Below are positions 8,220-16,674 of a stretch of DNA of 32,902 nt, one piece after another (the first letter of the stretch is position 1; the number at the start of each line of letters is the position of its first letter). The stretch spans positions 1 to 32,902 of the IMG/VR virus record IMGVR_UViG_3300032261_000046; one strand, 5' to 3'. The translations under genes and the position numbers were made by a program. The notes under the pieces were generated by a model. The model worked only from the letters and a program-made list of their open reading frames with translations, did not search any database and was not told the DNA's origin. The DNA comes from a virus (Duplodnaviria; Caudoviricetes).

Positions 8220-8323
8220 CGAGTGGCGAGTGGAAGGAAATGGGATCGCGTGAAAGGTTGCGGCTCGCGACGGGGGACGGTGGCGTTTACTCGCCACTCG
8301 CCACTCGCCACTCGCCACTCGCC
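8220..8323. repeat. Inverted pair of AGTGGCG heptamer arrays
   Basis: CGAGTGG x2 at 8220-8233; ACTCGCC x5 at 8289-8323. Confidence 0.9.
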
Positions 8324-8332
8324 TCTACCCGA

Positions 8333-8758
8333 TCAGACCCACGTCAGTGGCCCGGTGAGCTGCACTTCGATATCGGCGGTGAGGTTCTCCTCGGGACCGC
8401 CGGCGGAGGGGGCGAACTTGGTCAGGAAGCCCTGGATCGTGCAGGTGTGCGTCGAGCCGCCGGTGCTGAAGGTGATCTGCCAGCCATGAATCGCCGGCGT
8501 GCCTTGCAGGGTCTCGAGCTTCTGGTGAGTCGTGGCATCGGTGGGGTCGAACTCGATCGAGAAGCTGATCGTGCCCGGATCCGGCAGGGTTGGCCGGTAG
8601 GTCTTGGCGGTGCTCGAGAGGTTCGTGGTCTCGGCCGAGCCGACGGCGGCCTCGGGGCCGGAGATCGAGAGGACCTGCCCGATCACGACGTAGGTGCCGG
8701 GCGTGGTGAAGTCACAGCCCAGGGTCGTACCGAGGGCGGGCCAAACAGTGAGTGGCAT
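8333..8758 (-). CDS. Major tail tube protein
   Basis: 141 aa, IGQV.SISGP....ETT.L......P.L.D.G.ISF pattern; upstream of the chaperones. Confidence 0.85.
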   Translation of the reverse strand: MPLTVWPALGTTLGCDFTTPGTYVVIGQVLSISGPEAAVGSAETTNLSSTAKTYRPTLPDPGTISFSIEFDPTDATTHQKLETLQGTPAIHGWQITFSTGGSTHTCTIQGFLTKFAPSAGGPEENLTADIEVQLTGPLTWV

Positions 8759-8788
8759 GGGAGGGGGTCCCTGGGATGGGTCAGGAGG

Positions 8789-9721
8789 TCAGGGGGCGAG
8801 AGATGCGGGGAGCGTGACTTGGTGGTTGATCTGGTAGCTGAAGCCGACCTCGTAGATCCACTGGTCGGTGCCGGCCCTGGGCTCGTGCGGGGTGTCGATC
8901 TCGTCCTCTTGCAGCGAGGCGGTGACGACGACCGAGCCGATCGTGCCGGCGAAGCCGTCGAACCGGCCGCGGATCGTCTCGCCGACCTGGTCGGCCCCGG
9001 ACTCGGTGAACGACCACGCGGAGAGGCGGACGCGGGCCTGGGAGGTGCCGTCGGAGCCGGCGAGGTTATGGCCGTAGGGGCGTGAGGCCAAAGAGTAGGT
9101 CACGGCCGGGAGCGTCGCCGACTGCGGGAGTGCCCCTTCGTAGATGCGGGTACCGACGAGCGCTGTGAGGGCCGTGGAGTTCGTCAGGCGAGCGTACACG
9201 GCCTGGCGGAGCTGGGCTGCGGTGAGGCCTCCGTCGGCCCCCAGCGATGCGGGGAGCGTGATGCGGTGGTTCACCCGGTAGTCGCACGCGGTCTCGTAAA
9301 TCCACTGGTCGGTGCCGGCCTTGGGCGGGTGCGGGATGTCGAGTTCGTCCTGCTTGATCGAGGCGGTCACCGTCACGCCGTTGATCGTGCCGGTGAAGCC
9401 GTCGAACCGGTCGCGGATCGCCTGCACGAGCTGGTCGGAGCTGGACTCGGCGAACGACCAGGCAGAGACCTGGATCCGCGCGGCGGAAATGCCGTCGGAG
9501 CCGCCCAGGTTATGGCCGTGCGGGCGGGTCACCACCCAGAACGTGAGGGCCGGGAGCTGGGCCGACTGGGGGAGCGCTCCGAAGTAGATCCGGGTTCCCA
9601 CGATGGCGGTGATCGCCGACGAGCCGCTCAGGCGCGCGTAGACGGCCTGGCGGAGGAGCTGGGCGCCGACGGCACCGCCGCCGCCGCCCATGCCGAGGTT
9701 GGAGAGCCACCAGAAGAACAC
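8789..9721 (-). CDS. Tail terminator (gp17/DUF3168-like) with tandemly duplicated domain
   Basis: Two ~140-aa units 444 nt apart, each LRQAVYARL...VGTRIY.GALPQ...R.RFDGF.GTI. Confidence 0.82.
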   Translation of the reverse strand: MFFWWLSNLGMGGGGGAVGAQLLRQAVYARLSGSSAITAIVGTRIYFGALPQSAQLPALTFWVVTRPHGHNLGGSDGISAARIQVSAWSFAESSSDQLVQAIRDRFDGFTGTINGVTVTASIKQDELDIPHPPKAGTDQWIYETACDYRVNHRITLPASLGADGGLTAAQLRQAVYARLTNSTALTALVGTRIYEGALPQSATLPAVTYSLASRPYGHNLAGSDGTSQARVRLSAWSFTESGADQVGETIRGRFDGFAGTIGSVVVTASLQEDEIDTPHEPRAGTDQWIYEVGFSYQINHQVTLPASLAP

Positions 9722-9727
9722 AGGGCG

Positions 9728-11011
9728 TCACACCACGACGTAGGTCAGCTCGCCATCGACGGCGATGGCGGCGGAGAGGTTCAGGTTGAGGGCGTCGCCC
9801 GCCGCCGTCTGGAAGAGGCCCACCGGGCAGTAGGCTCCGCCTCCACTGGCGTAGGTCGTGAGGTAATGGAGGCCGCTGATATCCACGTTGCCGGTGGAGC
9901 TCTGCCACTTCGCGTTGACGAGACCGTTGGCGGAGATGCGGTACCGTAGCACGCGGACCCGCTTCGAGGCGGTCGCCGCGACGATGTTCGCGTTCACGCC
10001 GGAGGCGCTCACCGAGAAGCGGGCGAACTGGGGCGTGAGGGCGGAGGTCCCGTTGTAGACCGTCGAGGTCTCGCCGCAGGCGGAGACCTGGCCGAGGAGG
10101 TTCGTGCCGGCCGGCAGGGCGTTCGTGATCGCGGTGACCGCCGTCACCGTGCCGATGTTCCAGGTCCCGGTCTGACTGGCGAGCACCCGCATGTTCCCGG
10201 CGGTGTCGAGCGAGACCGGCGAAGTCTGGCCGGTGGTGTACGAGGGAGCCGAAGTCGTGACTGCGCCCTGGGCGAGAGGTCCCTTCTGCCCCGAGGTGGC
10301 CGAGGCCTGGTTGACCAGCAAGCCGTTGACGCTGGTGTCGAGCGCCAGTCCGCCCGTCGTGCCCACGTTCGCCGTGACCGTCCAGGTCCCGCCCTGAGTG
10401 GCGAGCGTGCGGATGTTCCCGGCCGTGTCGATCGAGATCGGGGAGGTCTGGCCGGTGGTGTACGTGGGGGCGGCGGTCGTGACTGCGCCCTGGGCGAGGT
10501 GGCCCTTCTGCCCCGAGGTGGTGGATCCCTGGGCGACGACCAGGCCCGAGACTGTCGCGTCCAGCGCCAGACCGCCCGTCGTGCCCACGTTCGCGGTCAC
10601 GGTCCAGGAACCGCCCTGAGTGGCGAGCGTGCGGATGTTCCCGGCCGTGTCGATCGAGATCGGCGACGTCTGGCCGGTGGCGTACGTGGGAGCTGCGGTC
10701 GTGACTGCGCCCTGGGTGAGGATCCCCTTCTCGCCCGAGGTGGCCGAGCCCTGGGCCACGACCAGGCCGGAGACGGTGGCGTCGAGGGCGAGCCCGTTCG
10801 TGGTGCCGACGTTCGCGGTGACGGTCCAGGTGCCCTGCTGGGCGACCGGCAGGCCGAACGAGGCGGTGACCGCCTGGAGCACGTTTGCGCCCGGGCTGAT
10901 GGTGGTCGCGTAGGCGACCACGCAGGCGGGCCACTTGGTGCCGCCAGCCTCCGAAAAGTCTCGGATCGTATCGCCGCCGGATCCGGCGTTCAGAACTGTG
11001 TTGTCAGCCAT
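9728..11011 (-). CDS. Putative fibre/whisker protein with three 74-aa repeats
   Basis: Thr/Gly/Ala-rich, internal tandem repeats, beta-rich C-terminal domain. Confidence 0.75.
   Translation of the reverse strand: MADNTVLNAGSGGDTIRDFSEAGGTKWPACVVAYATTISPGANVLQAVTASFGLPVAQQGTWTVTANVGTTNGLALDATVSGLVVAQGSATSGEKGILTQGAVTTAAPTYATGQTSPISIDTAGNIRTLATQGGSWTVTANVGTTGGLALDATVSGLVVAQGSTTSGQKGHLAQGAVTTAAPTYTTGQTSPISIDTAGNIRTLATQGGTWTVTANVGTTGGLALDTSVNGLLVNQASATSGQKGPLAQGAVTTSAPSYTTGQTSPVSLDTAGNMRVLASQTGTWNIGTVTAVTAITNALPAGTNLLGQVSACGETSTVYNGTSALTPQFARFSVSASGVNANIVAATASKRVRVLRYRISANGLVNAKWQSSTGNVDISGLHYLTTYASGGGAYCPVGLFQTAAGDALNLNLSAAIAVDGELTYVVV
10160..10835. repeat. 222-bp tandem repeat, about 3 copies (bounds approximate)
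   Basis: ATGTTCCCGGC anchor at 10191, 10413, 10635. Confidence 0.9.
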
Positions 11012-11012
11012 G

Positions 11013-11819
11013 TCAGTAAGTCAGGACGTCTAGCGTCTCTTCCATTTCGCCGGGCCAGAGGAAGTACGTGATGCCGCCCGCCGCCGCATGGGCGAAGCGG
11101 AGGAGCCAGCCCTGCGGGATGAATATCTGCCAGGGGTTCTCAGTGATGCTCACGATCTCGTCGTTCGAGAGCACTCGCGTCCAGATGTAGACATACGAGA
11201 GGCTTCCGTTAAGAAAATAGTTGGTCCCGTTGTCGTACTGGCCGAGGTTCAGGTTCGTGTTCGCGTCGGCGGGCGGGGTGGTGAGGCTGTTGATCGTGGT
11301 CGTGATCGGAACGCCGTCCTGCCAGAACTGGCAGGGGGTCCCGCTCGTGGCTCCGGTGTCCGTGATGCCCCAGGTGTACCACTGGCCAAGGTTGAGGCTA
11401 ACCGTGCTCTTGACGCGATCCGACGCCGAGTTGCCCCGCCAGGTTAGCGCGGTGGTGCCGGCGAGGTAGAGGAGTTCCCATTGCGCGTTGACGTTGGACC
11501 GTTCAACGAGCATCTGGTTGACCGAGGTCGAGTTGAAATGAAACCGCACCAGCACCGTCTTCGGTGGTCCCGAGAGCTGCGGGACCGCGAGCACGGTCTT
11601 GGAGGTCGTGCCGTTGTAGGCCTGCGCGTACCCCTCGGGCGCGACATCGGCCGTGACATTGGCGTTGGTGGCGATCGTGCCCGAGACGAGGTCCTGCGCC
11701 GGGATCGCGCCGCCGGCATTCATCGGGATGCAGACGGCGAGCCCGTTCGTGATCGGGTGCGTCCAGTCGATCTCCGTGCCCGGCCACGGCTTGACTTGCC
11801 AGGGTGCCCATAGTCCCAT
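11013..11819 (-). CDS. LamG/concanavalin-A-like lectin domain virion protein
   Basis: IDW.HP..GL N-terminus; GQWY, WQDGV, LNLG...FLNGSL..VYIW.RVLS..EI. Confidence 0.82.
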   Translation of the reverse strand: MGLWAPWQVKPWPGTEIDWTHPITNGLAVCIPMNAGGAIPAQDLVSGTIATNANVTADVAPEGYAQAYNGTTSKTVLAVPQLSGPPKTVLVRFHFNSTSVNQMLVERSNVNAQWELLYLAGTTALTWRGNSASDRVKSTVSLNLGQWYTWGITDTGATSGTPCQFWQDGVPITTTINSLTTPPADANTNLNLGQYDNGTNYFLNGSLSYVYIWTRVLSNDEIVSITENPWQIFIPQGWLLRFAHAAAGGITYFLWPGEMEETLDVLTY

Positions 11820-11822
11820 CGG

Positions 11823-12173
11823 TCAGACCGCCGTTACCGTGCCGCACTCGGCCGTGCAGGTCGAGGTCGTGCTGGTGCCGCCCGAGCCGATGGTGAACGC
11901 GATCTTCACCTTATTCGCCGTCGTCGGAACCGCGATCGTCAGGTAACTCGTCGTGGAGGTCACAGGCCCCGGATAGGCTGGCCCGTTGAAGTACGTGGTC
12001 CCTCCGTCGGGGCTCCACTGGACCTGGGCGGTCGCGGCCGTCGTGCGCGTGCCGTTCTCGGTGAGCGACACGAACATCTCGCTGAGGTACGCGCCGGAGA
12101 CGTCCTGCGCGGTCGAGGTCTGCGTCGTCGTGACCGCGCTTAGGTGGGTGCTTTCTGCTTTGGTGATGGCCAT
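11823..12173 (-). CDS. Small beta-sandwich virion protein (hypothetical)
   Basis: Thr-rich, VQWSPDGGTTY motif, tightly packed in the operon. Confidence 0.7.
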   Translation of the reverse strand: MAITKAESTHLSAVTTTQTSTAQDVSGAYLSEMFVSLTENGTRTTAATAQVQWSPDGGTTYFNGPAYPGPVTSTTSYLTIAVPTTANKVKIAFTIGSGGTSTTSTCTAECGTVTAV

Positions 12174-12181
12174 CGATCAGC

Positions 12182-12748
12182 TCAGCTCGCGAGGTCGTCG
12201 ATCGACTGGTTGTAGTTGGCGGTTGCCACGGCCGCGTTCCCGAAGAAGTTCCCGAGCTGCTGGAGCATGACCACCGCCGAGACGAGCTTCGCCTCCGGCC
12301 GGTTGATGCCGCCGGCGATGATGGGATTGGCGGTGTTTGGCGCGCACTTGCCCCAGCTCGCGGTCGCGTTCGTCGTGCCTCCGTACGGGGATCCCAGCAC
12401 CCAGGAGGTCCCGGATCCGGAAACCACGAGGTAGTAGGAGTTGGTCGGATCGCCGGTCACGACGATATAGGTGCCGGCGAGGGCCGTCTGGCTCGCGGAG
12501 AACGTCACCGCGGCGGATCCGGCCGTCACGCTGACCGTGCCGGATCCGGCGGTCTGATCGATGAGCCCGATCGTCCCGTCGGCGTTCTGCGTCCCGGTCG
12601 GCATCGCTGACCACGTCGCCGAGTAGGACTCGGAGTTGTACTTGGTCAGGAAGGCCTGCGCGGCGTCGCGCACGCCCTTGATCGTCTGCACGAGGTTCGT
12701 GAGATCGCTGGCGGCCTGGATCGCGGCAGCTTGCTTGGTGGTTGGCAT
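12182..12748 (-). CDS. Hypothetical virion protein with inserted beta domain
   Basis: Helical termini flank GTVSVTAGSAAVT...PYGGTT. Confidence 0.7.
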   Translation of the reverse strand: MPTTKQAAAIQAASDLTNLVQTIKGVRDAAQAFLTKYNSESYSATWSAMPTGTQNADGTIGLIDQTAGSGTVSVTAGSAAVTFSASQTALAGTYIVVTGDPTNSYYLVVSGSGTSWVLGSPYGGTTNATASWGKCAPNTANPIIAGGINRPEAKLVSAVVMLQQLGNFFGNAAVATANYNQSIDDLAS

Positions 12749-12771
12749 CGAAGGCTCTCGAGGTGATCAGA

Positions 12772-14526
12772 TCAGATGGAGAGGAGCTTGTACTGGAGGG
12801 TGGTGCCGACGGTGGTCGTGATGTACCAGACCGTCGTGTCGGACAGGGGGCAGGGGAAGTACCCTTCGGACACGCTCCAGACGAGGGGACTCTGGGGCTT
12901 GAGCGTGATCGTGTAGGTCGGGGAGCTGGTGCTGTTGGCCTTGATGGTGAGGCCCTTGTCGCTCCACAGGAAAATCGACCGGAGGTTCGCGGCCGTGAAC
13001 CCGACGGTGAGGGCCTGGTTGGTGAGGCTGGCCCCGTAGTTCACGTTGCCGGTGACCAGGTTGCTTCCGATCTCCGTCTGCGAGCCGTAGAGCGGCATGC
13101 CGCCCCGGTCGCTGTTCACGGAGGCGTTGAGCTTCTGGTTCAGCCCCGCGAGGGCAAAGATCGACCCGGCACCGGCGTCCTGGTGCTGGACTGCGCCGCC
13201 GTCCAGGTAGAAGGGCGTCGAGGCGAGCGAGGGGAAGGTCTGGCCGAGGACGCCCAGGCCGCGCAGGGCGAGCCCAGCGCCCGAGGTGGCGTTGGGGGCG
13301 AAGTTGGCGGCGGAGGTCGCGGCGGGGGCTGTCAGTGCCTCTCCGGTGAGCGCCTGGAATCCGAGCAGGTTGCGGGCGGTGAACTGGGCGTCGTAGTCGG
13401 CCGTGTTGCCGTGGCCGGCACACGAGACGAGTCCGGTCAGGTGCTTGTCCACGACGGAGGTCGAGCCGGTGTATCCCTTCTGGGCGGAGTTCTCGGCGAG
13501 GCAGTTAAGGCCCAGTCCAAGGGTGCCGAACCCGAAGCCGCCGGTGCCGTCGGAGCCCCAGGTGGTGCAGTTGATACACAGGCTGAACGACTCGAACCCG
13601 CCGTTGGATCCGCTGGCGGCGTTGCCGCCGACCACACAGAACAGGGCGGTGCACGGCCTGGTGCCGGCGAGGATCCCTCCGGGACAGTTGATCGAGTTCG
13701 AGAACGCGATCACGCAGTAGGCCCCGAGCGTGATCCCGCTCGTGGTGCAATTCAGGGTCTCGGAGCACACCACCTGCGAGATGTTGTAGGTGGTGATCCC
13801 GATCGCGTACGCGGTCACCCGGCAGTTGAACACGAACAGGCTGTTGATCGTGGCGGCGAAGCCGTCGATGCCTGTGCAGCCGGTGAACGCGCCGGGGTTC
13901 ACGAAGTCGATGTTGAAGACGCCTTGCGCCCCGGTGGTGGGCTTGAACGCCGTCACCGAGTTCGCGGAGGGCTTGAGCTGCGGGCGGGTGTCCAGGTTGT
14001 ACTTCGCCCTGGTCGTGCTATAGCCGATCAAGGAGCCGTTCGTCGCGGAGATGAACGCCGTCGTCGCCGCGAGCGTGTAGGCCGTCCCGTTGTTGTGCAG
14101 GTAGGTATCGCGCCCGCCGCTGTTGCTGGCGAGGCTCTGGGCGTAGGTCGCCAGTGACCCGCCTGCGCGGCCCGTCATGCCTGACGCTGCGGCCGTGGAG
14201 CATGTCGCCTGGAGCGTCCAGGTGTTGGTCCCGGTGTTGACGCTCGTGATCAGGTACAGGCCCGGCGTGAAGTTGGTGCCGCCGGTGATGTTCACCGTGT
14301 TGCCGACGTCGCCGGCCAAGACGGTATAGCCCGTGATCGTGATCGTGGCCGACGCGCCCGAGGTCGTGGCGGTGATCGTCGTGCCGTTGAAGACGATGGT
14401 CTTCGCGCCGGCCCCCTGGGTATAGTCCGTCCCCGAGAGCGTGGGGTCGCACCCGCCCCCGTTGGCGTCGTTGCCCAGCAGGTTGTCCACCTCGAAATCG
14501 GTGGTCGCTGATATGTTTACGGCCAT
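12772..14526 (-). CDS. Putative spike protein: central parallel beta-helix plus C-terminal domain paralogous to 14535-14915
   Basis: Recurrent NC/GI/GF rung-like motifs; C-terminal ~105 aa align with the upstream gene. Confidence 0.75.
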   Translation of the reverse strand: MAVNISATTDFEVDNLLGNDANGGGCDPTLSGTDYTQGAGAKTIVFNGTTITATTSGASATITITGYTVLAGDVGNTVNITGGTNFTPGLYLITSVNTGTNTWTLQATCSTAAASGMTGRAGGSLATYAQSLASNSGGRDTYLHNNGTAYTLAATTAFISATNGSLIGYSTTRAKYNLDTRPQLKPSANSVTAFKPTTGAQGVFNIDFVNPGAFTGCTGIDGFAATINSLFVFNCRVTAYAIGITTYNISQVVCSETLNCTTSGITLGAYCVIAFSNSINCPGGILAGTRPCTALFCVVGGNAASGSNGGFESFSLCINCTTWGSDGTGGFGFGTLGLGLNCLAENSAQKGYTGSTSVVDKHLTGLVSCAGHGNTADYDAQFTARNLLGFQALTGEALTAPAATSAANFAPNATSGAGLALRGLGVLGQTFPSLASTPFYLDGGAVQHQDAGAGSIFALAGLNQKLNASVNSDRGGMPLYGSQTEIGSNLVTGNVNYGASLTNQALTVGFTAANLRSIFLWSDKGLTIKANSTSSPTYTITLKPQSPLVWSVSEGYFPCPLSDTTVWYITTTVGTTLQYKLLSI

Positions 14527-14534
14527 CGATCAGA

Positions 14535-14915
14535 TCAGGTGGAGAGGAGCTTGTACTGAAGCCGCGACGCGGCGGTGGTGGTGAGGTACCAGACCGTCGT
14601 GTTCGTGTTCATCGGGTTCGTGTAGTAGCCCTGCGAGATGCTCCAGACGAGCGGGCTCCCGGGCTTGAGGACGATCGTGTAGGCGGGGGAGCTGGTGCTG
14701 TTCCCCTTGATCGTCATGCCCTTGTCGGAGACCAGGAAGATCGACTGGATGTTCGCGGCGGTGAAGCTGAGCGTGAGGGCCTGGTTGGTCACCGAGGCCC
14801 CGACGGTGATGTCGCCGGCGATCTCGGTCGCGCCCACCTCGGACTGGATCCCCTGGAGCGGGGAGCCGCCCTGGTCGCTGGTGACCGAGTAGGTCTGCTT
14901 GTGGGTGATGCTCAT
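14535..14915 (-). CDS. Small beta-rich virion protein (possible decoration/anchor)
   Basis: 126 aa, paralogue of the C-terminal domain of the next gene. Confidence 0.75.
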   Translation of the reverse strand: MSITHKQTYSVTSDQGGSPLQGIQSEVGATEIAGDITVGASVTNQALTLSFTAANIQSIFLVSDKGMTIKGNSTSSPAYTIVLKPGSPLVWSISQGYYTNPMNTNTTVWYLTTTAASRLQYKLLST

Positions 14916-14968
14916 GGCGTGTTAGCTGCCGGCGGCGTCGCCGGCTTCCGCGTCGTCGCGGCTCCGGA

Positions 14969-15316
14969 TCAGGGATGGACGTACTCTTCGCAGATGAACT
15001 CGTACTTGCGATTCCTCTCCTCCACGTTCTGGAATGAGAGGATGTTGATGATTCGCGAGTCCTTGACGAGCTGGAACCGCATGCGGGGATTGGGGAGCGT
15101 TGCGCCCCCCTGCCACCGGCAGGAGACGATGTGGGTGGCGGTCGCCCAGTTCTGTTTGACGTTCAGCAGCTCGGCCCCTCTGAGGAACCTGACCTCGGCC
15201 CAGAAGGTCGCGAGCGCGACCCAGCTCTGGGTGGGCTGGCCATAGGTGTCGAGCGTCTCGACGAGGTCCTGGAGGGCGACCCGCTGGCGGTAGCTGCCGA
15301 CTTGCTGGCTGCGCAT
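14969..15316 (-). CDS. Head closure / head-tail adaptor (SPP1 gp16-like)
   Basis: G..RQRV.LQ.....D.YG.P...W......WAEV..L.G.E. Confidence 0.9.
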   Translation of the reverse strand: MRSQQVGSYRQRVALQDLVETLDTYGQPTQSWVALATFWAEVRFLRGAELLNVKQNWATATHIVSCRWQGGATLPNPRMRFQLVKDSRIINILSFQNVEERNRKYEFICEEYVHP

Positions 15317-15444
15317 CGTTGCGTCGGTTTAGGGGTGTGATAGTCTGGTGGGAGCGATGAGGCCGTGGCCCCATTGAAGGAAGGTCGTAGCAGTCAGCGA
15401 TCAGCATCTTCACCGCGGTCAACTTCCACGGCCCCGTCGCCGCC

Positions 15445-16323
15445 TTACGAATAGGCCCCATGATCGGAGGCCCCGATCAGGGACAGCACCGCGTCGCGCT
15501 GCCGGTCGGAGATGCTCCCCGTCGCTTCGCGGTTTTCATACCAATCGCTCACCAACATCTTCATCGCGGTCTTGATGTTCTCGGGCACGGCCGAGTAATC
15601 GGCCCCGTAGCCGACGGTGAACTGGATGTTGACGGAGTCGAGGGTGGGCTGCGGGATGGGCCACGTCTGGCCGTAGGCGGGCTGGATCCGCGAAGGGCCG
15701 ACCAGGTCGGAGCCGGGCGTGAAGGCGTCGAAAATGTACTTCGTGGGGTCGATCGTCTGGAAGGTGCCCGAGAAGTCCTTGTACTTGACGAAGGTCACGC
15801 CCAGGAGCGGGGCCTCTTGCAGGTTCAGGACGCCGGTGTTGGAGTTCGGGAGCCAGTAGGGGATCGGTCCCATCACCGCCTGGGCACGCATCACGCGGTT
15901 GTAATAGCCCCCCAGCCAGGGCCAGTTGTCGCCCCAGTAGTTCAGGGTCGTGCTGATCAAGCGCTGGCCGGTGATGGTCTCGACCAGGCGGCGGGCGGAG
16001 ATGATCAGCGAGGCGACGAGCGGGTCGTCGTCGGGGTACTCGATGCGGGCGTGGGACTTGGCCTGGGCGAGCGTCAGCGGCTCGTTGGAGACCGAGAGCG
16101 TAACGCCCGTGCCGGTGGAAGTGGCCGGGTTGGTCAGCGTGATCTGGGTCGCACTGTCCACGCTCTTCACCAGTGTGTCGGGAGGAACGTTTGCGCTGGC
16201 CAGCACGAGCGAGCCGACCTGGATCCCGGCCGTGGACGAGACGGAGGCGCACACCGCCGAACCCGATGTGAGGTTCGCGGTCGGGCTGAGTGCGGGGCCG
16301 GAGACGACTTGGATGCGGTACAT
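15445..16323 (-). CDS. Head-tail connector (HK97 gp6-like) with inserted domain
   Basis: EPLTLAQAKSHARI...DD.L...LI.SAR..VE; VPENIKTAMKMLVSDWYENRE. Confidence 0.9.
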   Translation of the reverse strand: MYRIQVVSGPALSPTANLTSGSAVCASVSSTAGIQVGSLVLASANVPPDTLVKSVDSATQITLTNPATSTGTGVTLSVSNEPLTLAQAKSHARIEYPDDDPLVASLIISARRLVETITGQRLISTTLNYWGDNWPWLGGYYNRVMRAQAVMGPIPYWLPNSNTGVLNLQEAPLLGVTFVKYKDFSGTFQTIDPTKYIFDAFTPGSDLVGPSRIQPAYGQTWPIPQPTLDSVNIQFTVGYGADYSAVPENIKTAMKMLVSDWYENREATGSISDRQRDAVLSLIGASDHGAYS

Positions 16324-16354
16324 AGTGGCGAGTGGCGAGTGGCGAGTGGCGAGT
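16324..16354. repeat. AGTGGCG x4 heptamer array abutting the connector start codon
   Basis: CAT (16321-16323) directly followed by AGTGGCG repeats. Confidence 0.92.
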
Positions 16355-16430
16355 CAAAAGCAAGCGAGCGATCAGGGAGCGACCCTGTACGTTCCTGGCA
16401 CTGGTCCGACCGTGCGCTGGAGACAATCGC

Positions 16431-16673
16431 TCACTTGCGAGTCACTGCGCGCTCCGACTTGGCGGGCTTGGGATCCGACGCCACCTCGAGGACGAGCTCG
16501 GAGCGGGGGCGGGGGGACGGGATCGGCGTGAGGTCCTCGCCGTCGGCCAGGCTGGCGTGCCCGGCCTTGAGGTAGGCCTTCGCCTTGAGGTCCGGCAGAT
16601 CGACCACGTCTCCCTTGCGGAAGACGTGGGTGCCGATCAGGTGATTGTCGAGGTTGAGACGGACGCGGGGCAT
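16431..16673 (-). CDS. Small head-associated hypothetical protein
   Basis: GDVVDLP...A..Y...G.A motif, common in small genes after capsid genes. Confidence 0.7.
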   Translation of the reverse strand: MPRVRLNLDNHLIGTHVFRKGDVVDLPDLKAKAYLKAGHASLADGEDLTPIPSPRPRSELVLEVASDPKPAKSERAVTRK

Positions 16674-16674
16674 G

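Noticed and set aside
8202-8318. N-terminal extension MASGEWRVAS of the tail chaperone and similar ORFs at 8223 and 16332
   Set aside because: These are translations of the heptamer arrays; ATG 8201 has its own RBS
12772-14915. Diversity-generating retroelement TR/VR pair
   Set aside because: No reverse transcriptase, both copies are coding, and differences are not confined to adenines
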